The translations under genes were made by a program, and so were the position numbers. The notes under the pieces are model-generated. The model saw only the letters and a list, made by a program, of their open reading frames with translations. It was not told the origin of the DNA and made no database searches. Source: Eledone cirrhosa (taxonomy: Eukaryota). From it: 64,000 nt of DNA. Below, one piece after another: positions 41,457 through 58,519 of the stretch; the stretch's first letter is position 1, and every line of letters begins with the position of its first letter. Where the stretch lies: contig OZ024740.1 of assembly GCA_964016885.1 (NCBI GenBank), forward strand, positions 240,932,001-240,996,000. Direction: 5' to 3'.

Positions 41457-41460
<4 letters not shown>
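39726..41460 (+). mobile_element. Penelope-like element GIY-YIG and 3' UTR preceded by an inverted copy (39726-39895) of its own 3' UTR segment (40456-40625)
   Basis: ORF 39979-40344 (WHYIGST..FNKRW..H..TTLANKIW..CGLCN); 170-bp inverted repeat; degenerate hammerhead at 41294-41401. Confidence 0.88.
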
Positions 41461-41516
<56 letters not shown>

Positions 41517-41543
41517 TACACACATACATATACATATATAAAT

Positions 41544-41590
<47 letters not shown>

Positions 41591-41601
41591 CATATATATA
41601 A

Positions 41602-41633
<32 letters not shown>

Positions 41634-41681
41634 ACACACACACACATACACACACATATACATACATATACATATATATAC

Positions 41682-41774
<93 letters not shown>

Positions 41775-41789
41775 CACATATATATATAT

Positions 41790-42497
41790 ATAAGTATGTA
41801 CATGTACATACATATATGTTTATAGACGTACAGTAGTATGTATATATATACATACATGCACACATATATATATGTACGTATGGATACACCGAACATTTAT
41901 TATAATGCTCGGTGTGTTTGTAAACAAACATCCCGTATTAAGCCGTAGTGTCTAGCAACCATCGTTGCTCGTTTGTTCAACACTGACAAAGGAACGCTGT
42001 ACTAGTTTGAAGCTTATTAGCTATCGTCAGCAACGTATACCTTCCTGTCAGATTGTTGAACGTATATACTTACCTTATGCATATTAACGGCTGAGTAGCC
42101 CAATTTGAATATCGAGTGGGTTAATCGGCCGGGTGCACCGAAAACGATAAACGGAAAAAATGAAACGAAATTTCATTTCCCACTCTTAGTACGGCTGTTA
42201 CTTAAATATAAGTATGTACACGTACATACATATATGTATAAAGACGTACAGTAGTTTGTATATATACATACATGCACACATATATATATGTACGTATGGA
42301 TTCACCGAACATTTATTATAATGCTTTCATTTCGTTTCATTTTTTCCGTTTATAATTTTCGGTGCACCCTGCCGATTAACCCACTCGATATGCAAATTGG
42401 GCTACTCATCCGTTAATATGCATAAGGTAAGTATATACGTTCAACAATCTGGCAGGAAGGTATACGTTGCTGACGATAGCTAATAAGCTTGAAACTA

Positions 42498-42500
<3 letters not shown>
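41790..42500. mobile_element. Retrozyme-like repeat, locus 1: ~1.3 monomers (416-nt period) plus fold-back copy
   Basis: tgga(t)acaccgaacatttattataatgct at 41881 and 42297; hammerheads at 41995-42035 (-) and 42465-42500 (+). Confidence 0.8.
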
Positions 42501-42538
<38 letters not shown>

Positions 42539-42580
42539 CGATATTAATAAATGGAAACTATATTTATAAAACCATATTTA

Positions 42581-42641
42581 TTTCATTATACATATTTCAG
42601 GGATACCAAATTAAATTATGGTATGCCTTCATCAGACAAAA
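42581..42641 (-). ncRNA. Type I hammerhead (PLE family B); its 3' half recurs inverted at 44087-44168
   Basis: rc: ttttgt-ctgatga-aggcatacca..tggtatccct-gaaa-tatgta-ta-atgaaa. Confidence 0.75.
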
Positions 42642-43202
42642 TACAATATATAACAGTTTTACAAATAAGCGTTGACGTACCCTATTAAAATACAACCATT
42701 GTTTTTGGAAGTAATCCGGATAGTGATTTGTTTATATTACTTTAATAAGTCATAGTGTTAAGGACAATTAGAAAAAGACGGAGAGAAAGAAAAAGACGGA
42801 GAGAAAGAGAAAACGTGGAGAAATATCGGAGAGATGCATGGAGAAAAAAAGAAAGATATAAGTAAAGACAGGAGGAAAGGACGAAAGAAGAAAAAAGGAA
42901 GAAATAAGAAAAACAGAGGAAAGCAACAGAGAGATATTCAGTCAACAGACAGATAGAAAAACTCAAGAGAGAAATGTTATATAGAGAGAGGGGGAGATTA
43001 TGAAAACTTTACGTCATGTCATGTTAAGTTGAGTTAACAATTCATATGAAATGAATAATAAAAATATAAATATTAATATTCATGAATGGGACATAGATAT
43101 ATAATATGAGAAATTAAACACTGTTTAATAATGACTATATGTTTAGTTTAAACCTTGAGATCAATATACCAAAATTTGGGTTTAATTCTCAGGCAAAGAC
43201 AC

Positions 43203-43246
<44 letters not shown>

Positions 43247-44402
43247 GCACGTCCTGAAAATAGAATTTATATTTACTCAAGTCAACAATATAGACATATA
43301 AAGCGCAGATGATTTCTCTTAATCACTGCTCTACAATCCTTGTGTTATAAAAAGTTCACAGCATATATACACATAAATATATACGATTAACATTCATGAC
43401 TTCATATATATGATTACCATTCATGCATTTAATATTTCTGCAATCCAAACTGCGTGGTTATGCAACATAACTTTTACCCACACATATACATACACACACA
43501 TATATACATATACACCTATATATGTACAAATAAATATCTGCGTGCGTCATCAGGCATCGCTCATGTATACACACAGACATATATACAATCATAAAAAAAC
43601 CTATAACACTTTTATATGCATGTTAATACACACATATACTTTTGTATAGAGATGATCAAATATCAATATATTACTAAGGATTATACTTTGGAAATATAAT
43701 TATACCAATATAAATTTAAAGTACCAAAGGATTAAATTTTGGAAATATAACTATATCAATATAGTCAAAAGGACAAACGAATTCTAGAAATGTCAAAGCA
43801 TTAAATATCTTTAAAACACTATAGAGTATCTTAAATTAAAATAATATGTTTCATATATTTAGTATAGAAAATTATCCTACTTATATTTCAATCAAGATAT
43901 TGAAAGGGTAGACTTATGAGAATTATGAGAAGCTATCAGAATCAAAGCAAAACTAATAAAAATAAATAAAAATAAAATAAAATAAAAGTAAAATAAATAT
44001 TATATCAATATAATTTAAAAATTTAAAAATTTAAAGATCTAAATATTTCAAAAAATTTCAAAAAATTTCAAAAAATTTCAAAAAAAATTTAATTTGGTAC
44101 CCCTGAAATATGTATAATGAAATAAATATGGTTTTATAGATATAGTTTCCATTTATTAATATCGTATATCTACTCCAAATACTTGTCGAGTGCTTTATAT
44201 CAGTTATAAAAATATTTACTTGTTGTATCCCAACAATTTTAAATAGAACTTTTGCATATATGCATATATATGTATATATATATGTGATTGTGTGTTAGTG
44301 ACAGCAAGGATGGTGTTGGGTGATGGCTAAAATGAATATATATATGTATGTGTATATATATGTGTATATATATATATGTATTTCTCTATATATATATGTA
44401 TG

Positions 44403-44433
<31 letters not shown>

Positions 44434-44674
44434 GTATGTGTATATATATATATATGTATGTATATATATATGTATATATATATATGTGTATATATATATG
44501 TATGTATATATATATGTATATATATATATGTATGTACATATATATCTATATATATATGTATGTATATATATATGTATATATATATGTACATATATATATG
44601 TATATATATGTATATATATCTGTATATATATATATATGTATGTAGATATATATGTATATATATATGTATGTATA

Positions 44675-44793
<119 letters not shown>

Positions 44794-44814
44794 ATATATA
44801 TGTATGTATGTATG

Positions 44815-44871
<57 letters not shown>

Positions 44872-44880
44872 GTATATATG

Positions 44881-44915
<35 letters not shown>

Positions 44916-44946
44916 GTATATATATATGTATATATATATATATGTT

Positions 44947-44991
<45 letters not shown>

Positions 44992-45038
44992 GTATATATA
45001 AATATATATATATATATATGTATATATGTATATATATG

Positions 45039-45074
<36 letters not shown>

Positions 45075-45086
45075 TATATAAATTGA

Positions 45087-45675
45087 AACAAAATGAAAAC
45101 GAAATTTCATTTCTCACTCTTAGTATGGCACTTACTTAAATGTAAGTATGCATGTATACGTACATACATATATGTATACAGACGTACAGTAGCATGCACA
45201 TATATATATATATATACATATATACATACATATGCATACAGGTACACATACATATATGCACGTATCAGTTTAGCGGCGCTAACGTCGCTTTGTTCGTTTG
45301 TAAACAAACTGAACAGCCTGAATTTATGCCATACGGTGTTAAGGCAACCACGTCACCTTTTTGTTCAACACTGACACAGGAACGATGTACTAGTTTCAAG
45401 CTTGTTAGCTATCATCAGCACCGTTTACCCATCTGCCAGATAGTTGAACGTTCGAAAGTATATACTTTCCTTATGAAAATTAACGGCTGAGCAGCCTAAT
45501 TTGCATATTGAGTGAGTTAAATCGGTCAGGCATACCGAAAACGATAAATTGATACGTGCATATATGTATGTGTACCTGTATGCATATGTATGTATATATG
45601 TATATATATATATATATGTGCATGCTACTGTACGTCTGTATACATATATGTATGTACGTATACATGCATATTTAC
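45087..45675. mobile_element. Retrozyme-like repeat, locus 2 (one monomer + fold-back); intact hammerhead at 45383-45423 (-)
   Basis: rc: cggtg-ctgatga-tagctaacaagctt-gaaa-ctag-ta-catcg. Confidence 0.8.
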
Positions 45676-45696
45676 ATATATATATATATATATATA

Positions 45697-46140
45697 TGTA
45701 GGAGGTGAGTTTTATTGTAGTACAATAAAGCAATGCAGATATCGGATAAGAAGCACTCTACAGTTTGTGGGACTGGAGTATGCATAATATAAGATCAAAA
45801 GACGGTTTTCAACCCCTCTATATAAAATATATCTCCTCTCTGTTATAAAAACTATCTCTTTCTCTCTATCACCCATCTCTCCCTCTCATCTCCTTCCCTT
45901 TTCATCCTTTTCTCTCCCCCCCTCTCTAAATAATATATTTTTCCCAATATCACACATCAATCTAAAACCACTTTTCATATGTTGATTTAAAACTGCACTA
46001 CCAACAAGTGTTTTTTTTAGCCTTCATATCATGTTCTCCTGTTTTATCTGATGAAAACACAAATATTATTGTTTGATGATGTTTGTTTTTGAAATGCGCA
46101 TAATAAAATATATTGAACTCCTTTAACCATCTTTTGATCT

Positions 46141-46145
<5 letters not shown>
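45697..46145. mobile_element. PLE terminal repeat pieces in inverted arrangement; intact hammerhead at 46042-46108 (+)
   Basis: 45697-45807 matches 9776-9890 (-); ttttat-ctgatga-...-gaaa-tgcgca-ta-ataaaa. Confidence 0.8.
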
Positions 46146-46226
<81 letters not shown>

Positions 46227-46227
46227 T

Positions 46228-46650
46228 CGAGTATGGACACGTACATACATATATGTATACTGACGTACAGTAGTATGTATATATATATTTATACATACAT
46301 GCACACATATATAGATGTACGTATGGATCCACCGAACATTTATTATAATGCTCGGTGTGTTTGTAAACAAACATCCCGTATTAAGCCGTAGTGTCCAGCA
46401 ACCATCGTTGCTCGTTTGTTCAACATTTTTTCCGTTTATCGTTTTCGGTGTGTTTGCAAACACACCGAGCATTATAATAAATGTTCGGTGAATCCATACG
46501 TACATGTATATATGTGTGCATGTATGTATATATATATATACATACTACTGTACGTCTGTATACATATATGTATGTACGTGTACATACTTATATTTAAGTA
46601 ACAGCCGTACTAAGAGTGGGAAATGAAATTTCGTTTCATTTTTTCCGTTT
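46228..46650. mobile_element. Retrozyme-like repeat, locus 3 (partial monomer + fold-back)
   Basis: 46228-46423 matches 41790-41982; 46425-46650 is made of inverted monomer pieces. Confidence 0.78.
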
Positions 46651-47065
46651 ATATATATATATGTATATATATATATGCAGATATATATATGTATGTATAT
46701 ATATGTATATATATATGTATATATATATATGTATATATATGTATGTATATATATGTATATATATATATATGTATATATATATGTATATATGTATGTATAC
46801 ATATATATATGTATATATATGTATGTATATATGTATGCATATATGTATATATATATGTATATATGTATATATATGTATATATATATATGTATGTATATAT
46901 GTATGTATATATGTATATATGTATGTATATATATATATATGTATATATATACGTATGTATATATATATGTATATATATATGTATATATATATGTATATAT
47001 GTATATATGTATATATGTATATATGTATATATATATATATGTATATATATATATGTATATATATG

Positions 47066-47096
<31 letters not shown>

Positions 47097-47982
47097 GTAT
47101 ATGTATATGTATATGTATATATATATGTATATATATATGCATATATATGTATATATATATATACATATATGTATGTATATATATATATGTATATATATAT
47201 ATGTATATATATATATATGTATATATGTATATATATATATGTATATATATGTATGTATATATATGTATATATATATGTATGTATATATATGTATATATAT
47301 ATTATGTCAGGTCACCAGTTGGTGCTACTGATAACATGTGTCCCAGTACAACCTGTCACATGGACGGGTCGTTGGCGACTAAACTGGCAACCCCACCAAG
47401 GTTTCTTGGTGAGGAGGGTGACTTTGGACATCCGGCAGGACTAAAAACAAAACCTGTCAAAGGGCAAAGGAGCTCTTAAGAGTCAATGGCCATCCAAAAT
47501 CACTGGGAGAGATGACCCCTTAGCCTTTGTCAAGGCAGCATTCTAGGAGAAGGAAAACTCTGATATAACACCTGCAACCCTGATGGTATCCAATGATGTT
47601 GACTTGTTCTTCTTTTTGGTAAATATCATCTAGGTTAAGAGAATGGGACTGGCTTTGTGCAGTGCCTTTGCTCACTATAAAAGCTTCACGGCACAGGCAT
47701 TGCTTTATATCTGGAGATCTCTCTGCACTTGTCGTCACATGGTACCATGGGCCCAGCACTATGTGTCAATAATTGTCACAAGTGTAGTGTTTGTACCAGA
47801 GTTTTCAAGTCGCTGGCTGGACTAAAAAGTCACACTCGTTCAGCGCATCAGTAGGGTTTCTCCTACATGGATATAAAGTAGTGGCCGTACTCGAAAATGA
47901 GTTGGCAGCCACCATATATATATATGTATGTATATATATATGTATGTATATATATGTATATATATATATGTATATATATATG

Positions 47983-48013
<31 letters not shown>

Positions 48014-48266
48014 GTATATATATGTATGTATATATATATGTATATATATTTCTCTATATATATATATGTATATATATATGTATGTATATATATATATGTA
48101 TATATATGTATGTATATATATATGTATATATATTTCTATATATATATATATGTATATATATATGTATATATATGTATGTATATATATGTATATATATATA
48201 TGTATATATATATGTATATATATGTATGTATATATATATATGTATATATATATATGTATATATATG

Positions 48267-48299
<33 letters not shown>

Positions 48300-48310
48300 G
48301 TATATATATG

Positions 48311-48341
<31 letters not shown>

Positions 48342-48594
48342 GTATATATATATGTATATATATGTATATATATATATATATGTATATATATGTATGTAAA
48401 TATACATGTATATATATATGTATATATATATATTTATATATATATGTATACATATATATGTATATATACATGTATATATGTATATATATATATATATATA
48501 TACATGTATATATATATATACATGTATATATGTATATATATATATACATGTATATATGTATATATATATATATGTATGTATATATATATATATG

Positions 48595-48657
<63 letters not shown>

Positions 48658-48686
48658 GTATATATATATGTATATATATATATATG

Positions 48687-51318
<2,632 letters not shown>

Positions 51319-51442
51319 ATATGTGTATATATGTATATATATGTATATATGTATATATATATATATGTATATATATGTATATATATATGTATATGTATAT
51401 GTATGTATATATATATATATGTATATATATATATGTATATGT

Positions 51443-51501
<59 letters not shown>

Positions 51502-51526
51502 GTATATATATATATATATGTATATA

Positions 51527-51681
<155 letters not shown>

Positions 51682-51831
51682 GTATATATATATACATATG
51701 TATATATATATATATATGTATATATATACATATGTATATATATATATATGTATATATATACATATGTATATATATATATGTATATATATATTATATATAT
51801 ATGTATATATATATATGTATATATACATATG

Positions 51832-51900
<69 letters not shown>

Positions 51901-51911
51901 GTATATATATG

Positions 51912-51944
<33 letters not shown>

Positions 51945-52151
51945 GTATGTATATACATATGTATATATATATATGTATATATATACATATGTATATATAT
52001 ATATGTATATATATATGTATATATATATATATGTATTAATAAGAGGAATTCCAACTTTGTCTGATTTACTCGTTTTATTTACAATCCTTTAAAATATATA
52101 ATGTTATTATAATGAAATAGTATGATAGAATATTAAATTCTAAGTGTTAAT

Positions 52152-52190
52152 TGAACAAGTACTTTCATGCTTTCGCAATCTTCAGGTTCA
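52152..52190 (-). ncRNA. Minimal 39-nt type I hammerhead
   Basis: rc: tgaac-ctgaaga-ttgc-gaaa-gcat-gaaa-gtac-tt-gttca. Confidence 0.75.
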
Positions 52191-52333
52191 TAATATGTGG
52201 TGACAGTCAAGTTTGCAATTTTCAACTGTAATAAGATGGGTAAATTTCCTACCTTTTATACATTTTATACAGAGAAAAGTGGCTCCAGAATGCTAAGCCC
52301 TGTAAACTCTATATATATGTATATATACATATG

Positions 52334-52474
<141 letters not shown>

Positions 52475-52509
52475 GTATATATATGTATATATATATATGT
52501 ATATATATG

Positions 52510-52580
<71 letters not shown>

Positions 52581-52593
52581 GGATATATATATG

Positions 52594-52633
<40 letters not shown>

Positions 52634-52787
52634 TGTATAGATTTTGAGTTTATGTTGGTTGTATACCAACACCTAAGTATGCAGGCTGGAGCACTCGACG
52701 AAGTGCGCAGGTTGGTTTGGTTACTCCGGAGTAGTGTAAAATAAAGTTAAATAAAAATCAAATGATTAAAATTTAGCTTCGTTTATT

Positions 52788-52842
52788 ACTACTATATATA
52801 TTTCAGTGACAGCCATCTTTGGCTGTGACCTCTTCAGGCAGT
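52788..52842 (-). ncRNA. Type I hammerhead
   Basis: rc: actgc-ctgaaga-ggtcacagcc/aaagat/ggctgtcact-gaaa-tatata-ta-gtagt-aataaa. Confidence 0.8.
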
Positions 52843-53002
52843 TTGAATTAGTATGGTATAGACAAGTACATATGTTGTTTAGGTGTATAATATTGTCAAT
52901 ACTCTGATATGCCCAGTTCCTTGTTGGGTTGTTATTTCACTGAGGAACTGGAATCATATATATATGTATATATATATATGTATATATATGTATATATATA
53001 TG

Positions 53003-53037
<35 letters not shown>

Positions 53038-53084
53038 GGATATATATATACATATGTATATGGATATATATATATATGTATATA

Positions 53085-53206
<122 letters not shown>

Positions 53207-53251
53207 TATTTCATATATATATATAGATGTATTTGTACATTTATGTATATG

Positions 53252-53284
<33 letters not shown>

Positions 53285-53578
53285 TATATTTCTCAGTTAA
53301 AAGTAAAGATGAAAAATCATGTTCCCTCTTTCTGATCATTCAGCCTCATCATCATTAAGCATTCACTTTCCACGCTAGCATGGGTTAGACAAGTTGTGAG
53401 GCAATTCAGATCATATGACCATGTACTGCTCATACAAAACTCTTTCTGGCTTGTTTTTGTCGAATTATCTACACGAACACTCCACGAAGTTGAGAGGGTG
53501 ATTTTTGTGCCACCATCATTACCAGCTTAGAGGGTGTATTGGGACCCTTTAGACATATCAGCAGCAATGTGAGGAGTA

Positions 53579-53694
<116 letters not shown>

Positions 53695-53763
53695 TATTGG
53701 AATAGAACTCACAACATTAAGTTCTTGTCTGAATATGTCACTATCGGTAAACCAACTTTTGGA

Positions 53764-53820
53764 TTTTATCTGATGAGAGCGTACCAAAATTTTGGTACCC
53801 TTGAAATATATATAATAAAA
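53764..53820 (+). ncRNA. Type I hammerhead (family B)
   Basis: ttttat-ctgatga-gagcgtaccaaaattttggtaccctt-gaaa-tatata-ta-ataaaa. Confidence 0.82.
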
Positions 53821-53865
53821 TAAATATGGTTTCATAAAGATAGCTTCCATTTATTAATATTATTG

Positions 53866-53919
<54 letters not shown>

Positions 53920-53984
53920 ACATACACACACACACATATATATATAAAGAAGAAATTAAAAGATGGTTAAAAGAGTTCAATATA

Positions 53985-54050
53985 TTTTATTATGCGCATT
54001 TCGAATACAAAATCATCCTGGGACAAAAATTGTGTTCTCATCAGATAAAA
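53985..54050 (-). ncRNA. Type I hammerhead (family A)
   Basis: rc: ttttat-ctgatga-gaacacaa...ttgtattc-gaaa-tgcgca-ta-ataaaa. Confidence 0.82.
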
Positions 54051-54775
54051 TAAGGTAACATGATATGAGGCATAATAGTACTTGTTTACAGGAAAGTGCT
54101 AAGTCTACATATGATACTATAGTAAGAAATAGATAGGAAAATAGAAGAAAAGGAAAGAAGAGGAGAAAAAGGAAAAAGAAAGAGAAGAAAGGAAAAAAAA
54201 GAAGAAAAAGAAAGAAGAGAGAGAGATGTATATATATGTATGCAAAAACATCGCCTGAGCCGAGACAGGCTGACCCGGATCCATTGATATTCAGTCAAAT
54301 GCCTTACACCAATAAGACACTATACCTCAACCACAGTGACACACTCCAGTATGGCCTGTCCACGCCCCACCCCCCTGCATGTGTATCTTTTCAGTAGAGA
54401 GTACATACTATCCACGTATTCCATTTTGTAACACCTAATGTATTTTCTGTATACAGACCCACGTGTGTATCTCATACTTCTCTTGTGTACTATCTCATAT
54501 GCATACACGTTCCTTCTTCTTTTTTATATATATTCTGTACGCATTTTCTATGTACGGTCTGCGCACACTATTTACTGTAATACCATGAACGCCCATTATG
54601 TGGCTTTGCGTGAAGATTCCATATGTGGATTGATCCATGTTCGCAACGTAACAACATCTCTGTAGACACATATAACAAGGTGCACCCTTTCATGTATAGC
54701 CCACTGTGTATCTTTATGTGCCGTTATATGTATACTTTTTTTAAAAATATATTTTTATACTTTTATATATATATA

Positions 54776-55068
54776 ATAAGGTAGCACACACATCTAGGAC
54801 CACATACAACACATAATCAGATAATACACACATCTAGGACTACATACAACACATAAGCAGGTAATACACACATATCGGACGACATGCAACACATAAGCAG
54901 GTAATACACACATCTAGGACCACATACAACACAAGCAGGTAATACATACAGCTGCGACCACATGCAATACATAAGCAGGTAATACATAAGCAGGTAATAC
55001 ATACATCTAGAACTGCATACAACACACAGGGAGGTAATACATACATCTAGGACCACATACAACACACA
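54776..55068. repeat. ~41-bp minisatellite (~7 units)
   Basis: gcaggtaatacacacatctaggaccacatacaacacataa units. Confidence 0.9.
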
Positions 55069-55074
55069 TTGTAT

Positions 55075-56103
55075 CATGTGCTACGGATGACCCAAGAGCA
55101 ATGGTCGGCCAACATAAGGATTTCTTCACTCTTCTGAAGAGAGAAAATCTATCTGTATTTGCTGTTCATTGTGTCATTCATCAACAACACTTGGCTGCGA
55201 AGAAACTCAATGAGCCACTGAGCAAGTCCTTGCAGGTTGCCATTGATGTCATCAATTTTATCAAACACCATTCCCTCAATGAACAAAATTTTCGGCAACT
55301 GTGCCAAGATAATGAGGAAGAATTCGTCAAGTTTCTCCTTCATACTGAAGTGAGGTGGCTTTCAAAGGGCAAGTGCCTTACTCACTTCTTTGAACTGTTC
55401 GACTCTATCATTGAGTTTCTTCGAGGACGCAACACAGAACTGTACAAGAAAACCCTCGATGTGAGGCAAGACTGCGCCTACCTCGCTAACACCTTTGACA
55501 AATGCAATAGCGTCATTATGGCTTTGCAGGGGAAGAAGATCACCTTGCTTAAAGCAAGGAATGCCGTGAAAACATTCCAGGCCAAATTGAATGTCATCGA
55601 AAGGAATCTTTGTTGACGGGAATTCTATAATTTTCCTAGTGTCACCAATGTTCAAAACATTGTAAGCGATAACCAACTCCAAATTTAGACCGCTCACTTC
55701 CGTGCACTACAAGACAACATGAGAGAACAGTTTGTTGACCTTTTGCCGATCGACATCCCAATGTGGATAGCAGATCCCTTCATAGCTATCGTCGACGATT
55801 TGGACGTTAAATTTCAGAAATAATTCATTGAACTTCAAGCAGATAACATGATCAAAATTAGATTTCCTAAAATAGGTGAACCCCTTTTTTGGATGCAAGA
55901 GGAAATTCAGCGTCGATTTCCACTCCTACATGCAGAGGCTAAGAGATTTGCTCTGCCTTTTCCAAGCTCATACTTAGTCGAGAGGAGGTTTGCTGCAACC
56001 GCTACAATGTAATTACACGTGGAGATCTCTGGCTACATCTTACGAAAATTCAGCCTCATGTCAAAGAGTTAGCTAGACTCCATGAAGCTCAAGGATTCCA
56101 TTG
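55075..56103 (+). pseudogene. hAT (Buster/Charlie, ZBED5/SCAND3-like) transposase C-terminal part
   Basis: HCVIHQQHLAAK, LLHTEVRWLSKG, downstream PFPSSYLVERRF dimerisation motif; contains stop codons. Confidence 0.9.
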
Positions 56104-56509
56104 AAATGAGGTCAAAATTAAAGTAAGTTGATTTATCCGAAAACTTGGATATGCTATTGTTACAAAGCAAACTAACAATTTTTTTTATTTATAGTTGCAG
56201 TCTGACTGCAATTCACTTACTCATTTGTTGTATATTGTACCATTTACTAATAAATATACCCTCTTATATAGTCATGAAAACCCCCTTCCACGGTCTCTAA
56301 GCTCACAAAGAGGAGGGGACATCAAGTTAGATATCAACATTTATTCTGTCTGTTTCAATAAAAGGAAAATTGGAAAGCTTTGAAATGATATAATTGCCAC
56401 TTTCTTCCAGATAAGACCACCCTTTGGATAGACAGAGTTGCTCTTGTATAAATGTTCAAAATAGCTGGTATCGCCTGGTGGGAATATAACAAATTCAACT
56501 GGTCCTTCA

Positions 56510-56945
56510 GCAGCACCGTTTTACATCCGTTCTTCCATGCTAGCATGGGTTAGACGGGTTGTCCTGTTGTGGGCAGTGTCCGGTCGGCTGACTTTGTCTT
56601 GCTCATACGGGAACTGATTCTGGCTTGATTTCTACAGCTGGATGCCTTTCCTAACACCAACCTCATTTACAGTGAGTGTTGGGTGCTTTTTCCCGTGGCG
56701 CCTACACGTCCACTTTTACAGTGTGGGCTGGGTGCTTTTTTTGCCGTGGCACCTCCACGACCACTTTGCAGTGGAATGTTACGGACCCCAGTCCTTTCAT
56801 CTCATTTCTACAGCTGAGTAAACTGTAGCAATGTGAAATAAAGTGTCTTGCTCAAGGAAACAACACATCACCTGGTCCGAGAATTGAACTCACAACCTTT
56901 CGATTGCAAGCCCAATGCTCTAACCACTAAGCCATGCGCCTTCCT
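56510..56945 (-). mobile_element. tRNA-headed SINE joined to an RTE-type 3' tail
   Basis: rc head: tggcttagtggttagagc (A box), gagttcaattc (B box), ccttgagcaagacactt core; 56510-56775 matches 26478-26735. Confidence 0.8.
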
Positions 56946-57356
56946 TATTCATAAAAAATATTATTAATATATACAGATATTTATACATATAATCTACTAC
57001 AAAATTGTAATAAGATAAATACTTAAAACATAATTCTCCATATAAGTATATACATAATATAGGTAAATATTCAAATTTTTCCTCCCAAATCAACATAAAT
57101 ATATGGTCTTCTTTTCTTTTTTCTTTTTCTCTTTTCTTCCTTTTCTTTCTTTCCTACTAATACAAACAGATATCTAAATTCTCCATAGCGTCTAAAATAA
57201 CGTTTTTTTCAAACATTTACCTCAACCTCATTTACATATTCATTTGAATACTCATCTTAACAATTTTGAAAAATCTGTCTCTAAGGACTCAAAGAAAATT
57301 TCAACCGTTAAGGTATGTTCCTTGGCTATGTCAAAATTTATAAAACACACTTTGTA

Positions 57357-57414
57357 TTTTATCTGATGAAAGCGTACCAAAATTTTTGGTACTCTTGAAA
57401 TATATATAATAGAA
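57357..57414 (+). ncRNA. Type I hammerhead (family B)
   Basis: ttttat-ctgatga-aagcgtaccaaaatttttggtactctt-gaaa-tatata-ta-atagaa. Confidence 0.8.
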
Positions 57415-57455
57415 TAAATATGGTTTTATAAATATAGTTTCCATTTATTTAATAT

Positions 57456-57553
<98 letters not shown>

Positions 57554-57558
57554 TATAT

Positions 57559-58084
57559 ACTAGCAGTGGTACCCGTCGTTGCACGGGATAAGATATTTTG
57601 GAACGCGGGCCGCCAACAGACGTAATCGTGGATAAACTGCATGCCTGGACAATATTTAAAGAAAATAAACCGAATACTCTGATGGCTGGATAATCTTTAA
57701 GATTTTCCTCGATGAAGCAGGAAAAATGCAGGTTTTCACCTAATGTGGGCCCTAGGCCATAAAAAAGTTGGATTTTCTTTGCTCACGGTATGAAGAAGAG
57801 ACTGACTAATACATAGTTACAATTTCAAGGAAATCGGTCTGACGTAACGCCTCAAAAAAACCCTAAAAAGCTGAAAAAAACCCGCAGTTTTTCACCTAAT
57901 GCGGGTCCTAGGGGATCAAAAAGTTGAATTTTTTTAATGTGCACAACACTCCCTGAAACATAAGTAATACACATGTAAAGTTTGAAAAAATCGGTTGGGT
58001 ACTTCTCGGGTTTAACCCCCCCCCCCCCATACACACATACATACATATATCCTTCCTCAGTTTTATATATATACATATATAGAT
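57559..58084 (-). mobile_element. Non-autonomous Helitron
   Basis: Minus strand starts a|tctatat, ends with hairpin cccgt..acggg followed by ctag|t; internal direct repeats and (TACA)n. Confidence 0.75.
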
Positions 58085-58519
58085 TAAAATAACAGATTAA
58101 AGTTTAAGCAAAGAATCGTTGCTTTCACCCTTAACGGGATCTTCTGAAACTAAAAACATCAATCTGTGAATGCAGAAGTAAATATTTCGAAAAACGTTGC
58201 AACCGAAGGAAAACAGGAAGACGATACTTTGGTTCGCGAAGACGTTCCCTGGCAATGACGGATAATGGCGAACATAATACGTCATCAATGTTCGTCAGAA
58301 TGTCGTAATGCAGACAGCCAGGCATACAGACAGATATTATAAGAGCGCTACGGAGATGGATAACCGGCGCCTAACACCTCTTTAACAACAGAAAATTGAA
58401 AAATAAAAGCTGCAGTTAATATCTTTAGACCGCAAGGAATATATAAATGCAAGTTTGAAGTCAATCGGATTAGAAATGTGGATTTGTATAGACTTTGCAA
58501 AAATGAGGACACACACAGA

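Noticed and set aside
42065-42075. atacttacct matching the 5' end of U1 snRNA inside the retrozyme-like monomer
   Set aside because: Not conserved: the copies near 45462, 58724 and 59162 read actttcct/aggaaagt.
54776-55068. Regular ~41-bp repeats resembling a CRISPR array
   Set aside because: No unique spacers; an ordinary minisatellite in a eukaryotic context.
56875-56945. tRNA-like sequence
   Set aside because: A and B boxes are present but it continues into a SINE core and I see no convincing acceptor stem; treated as a SINE head.
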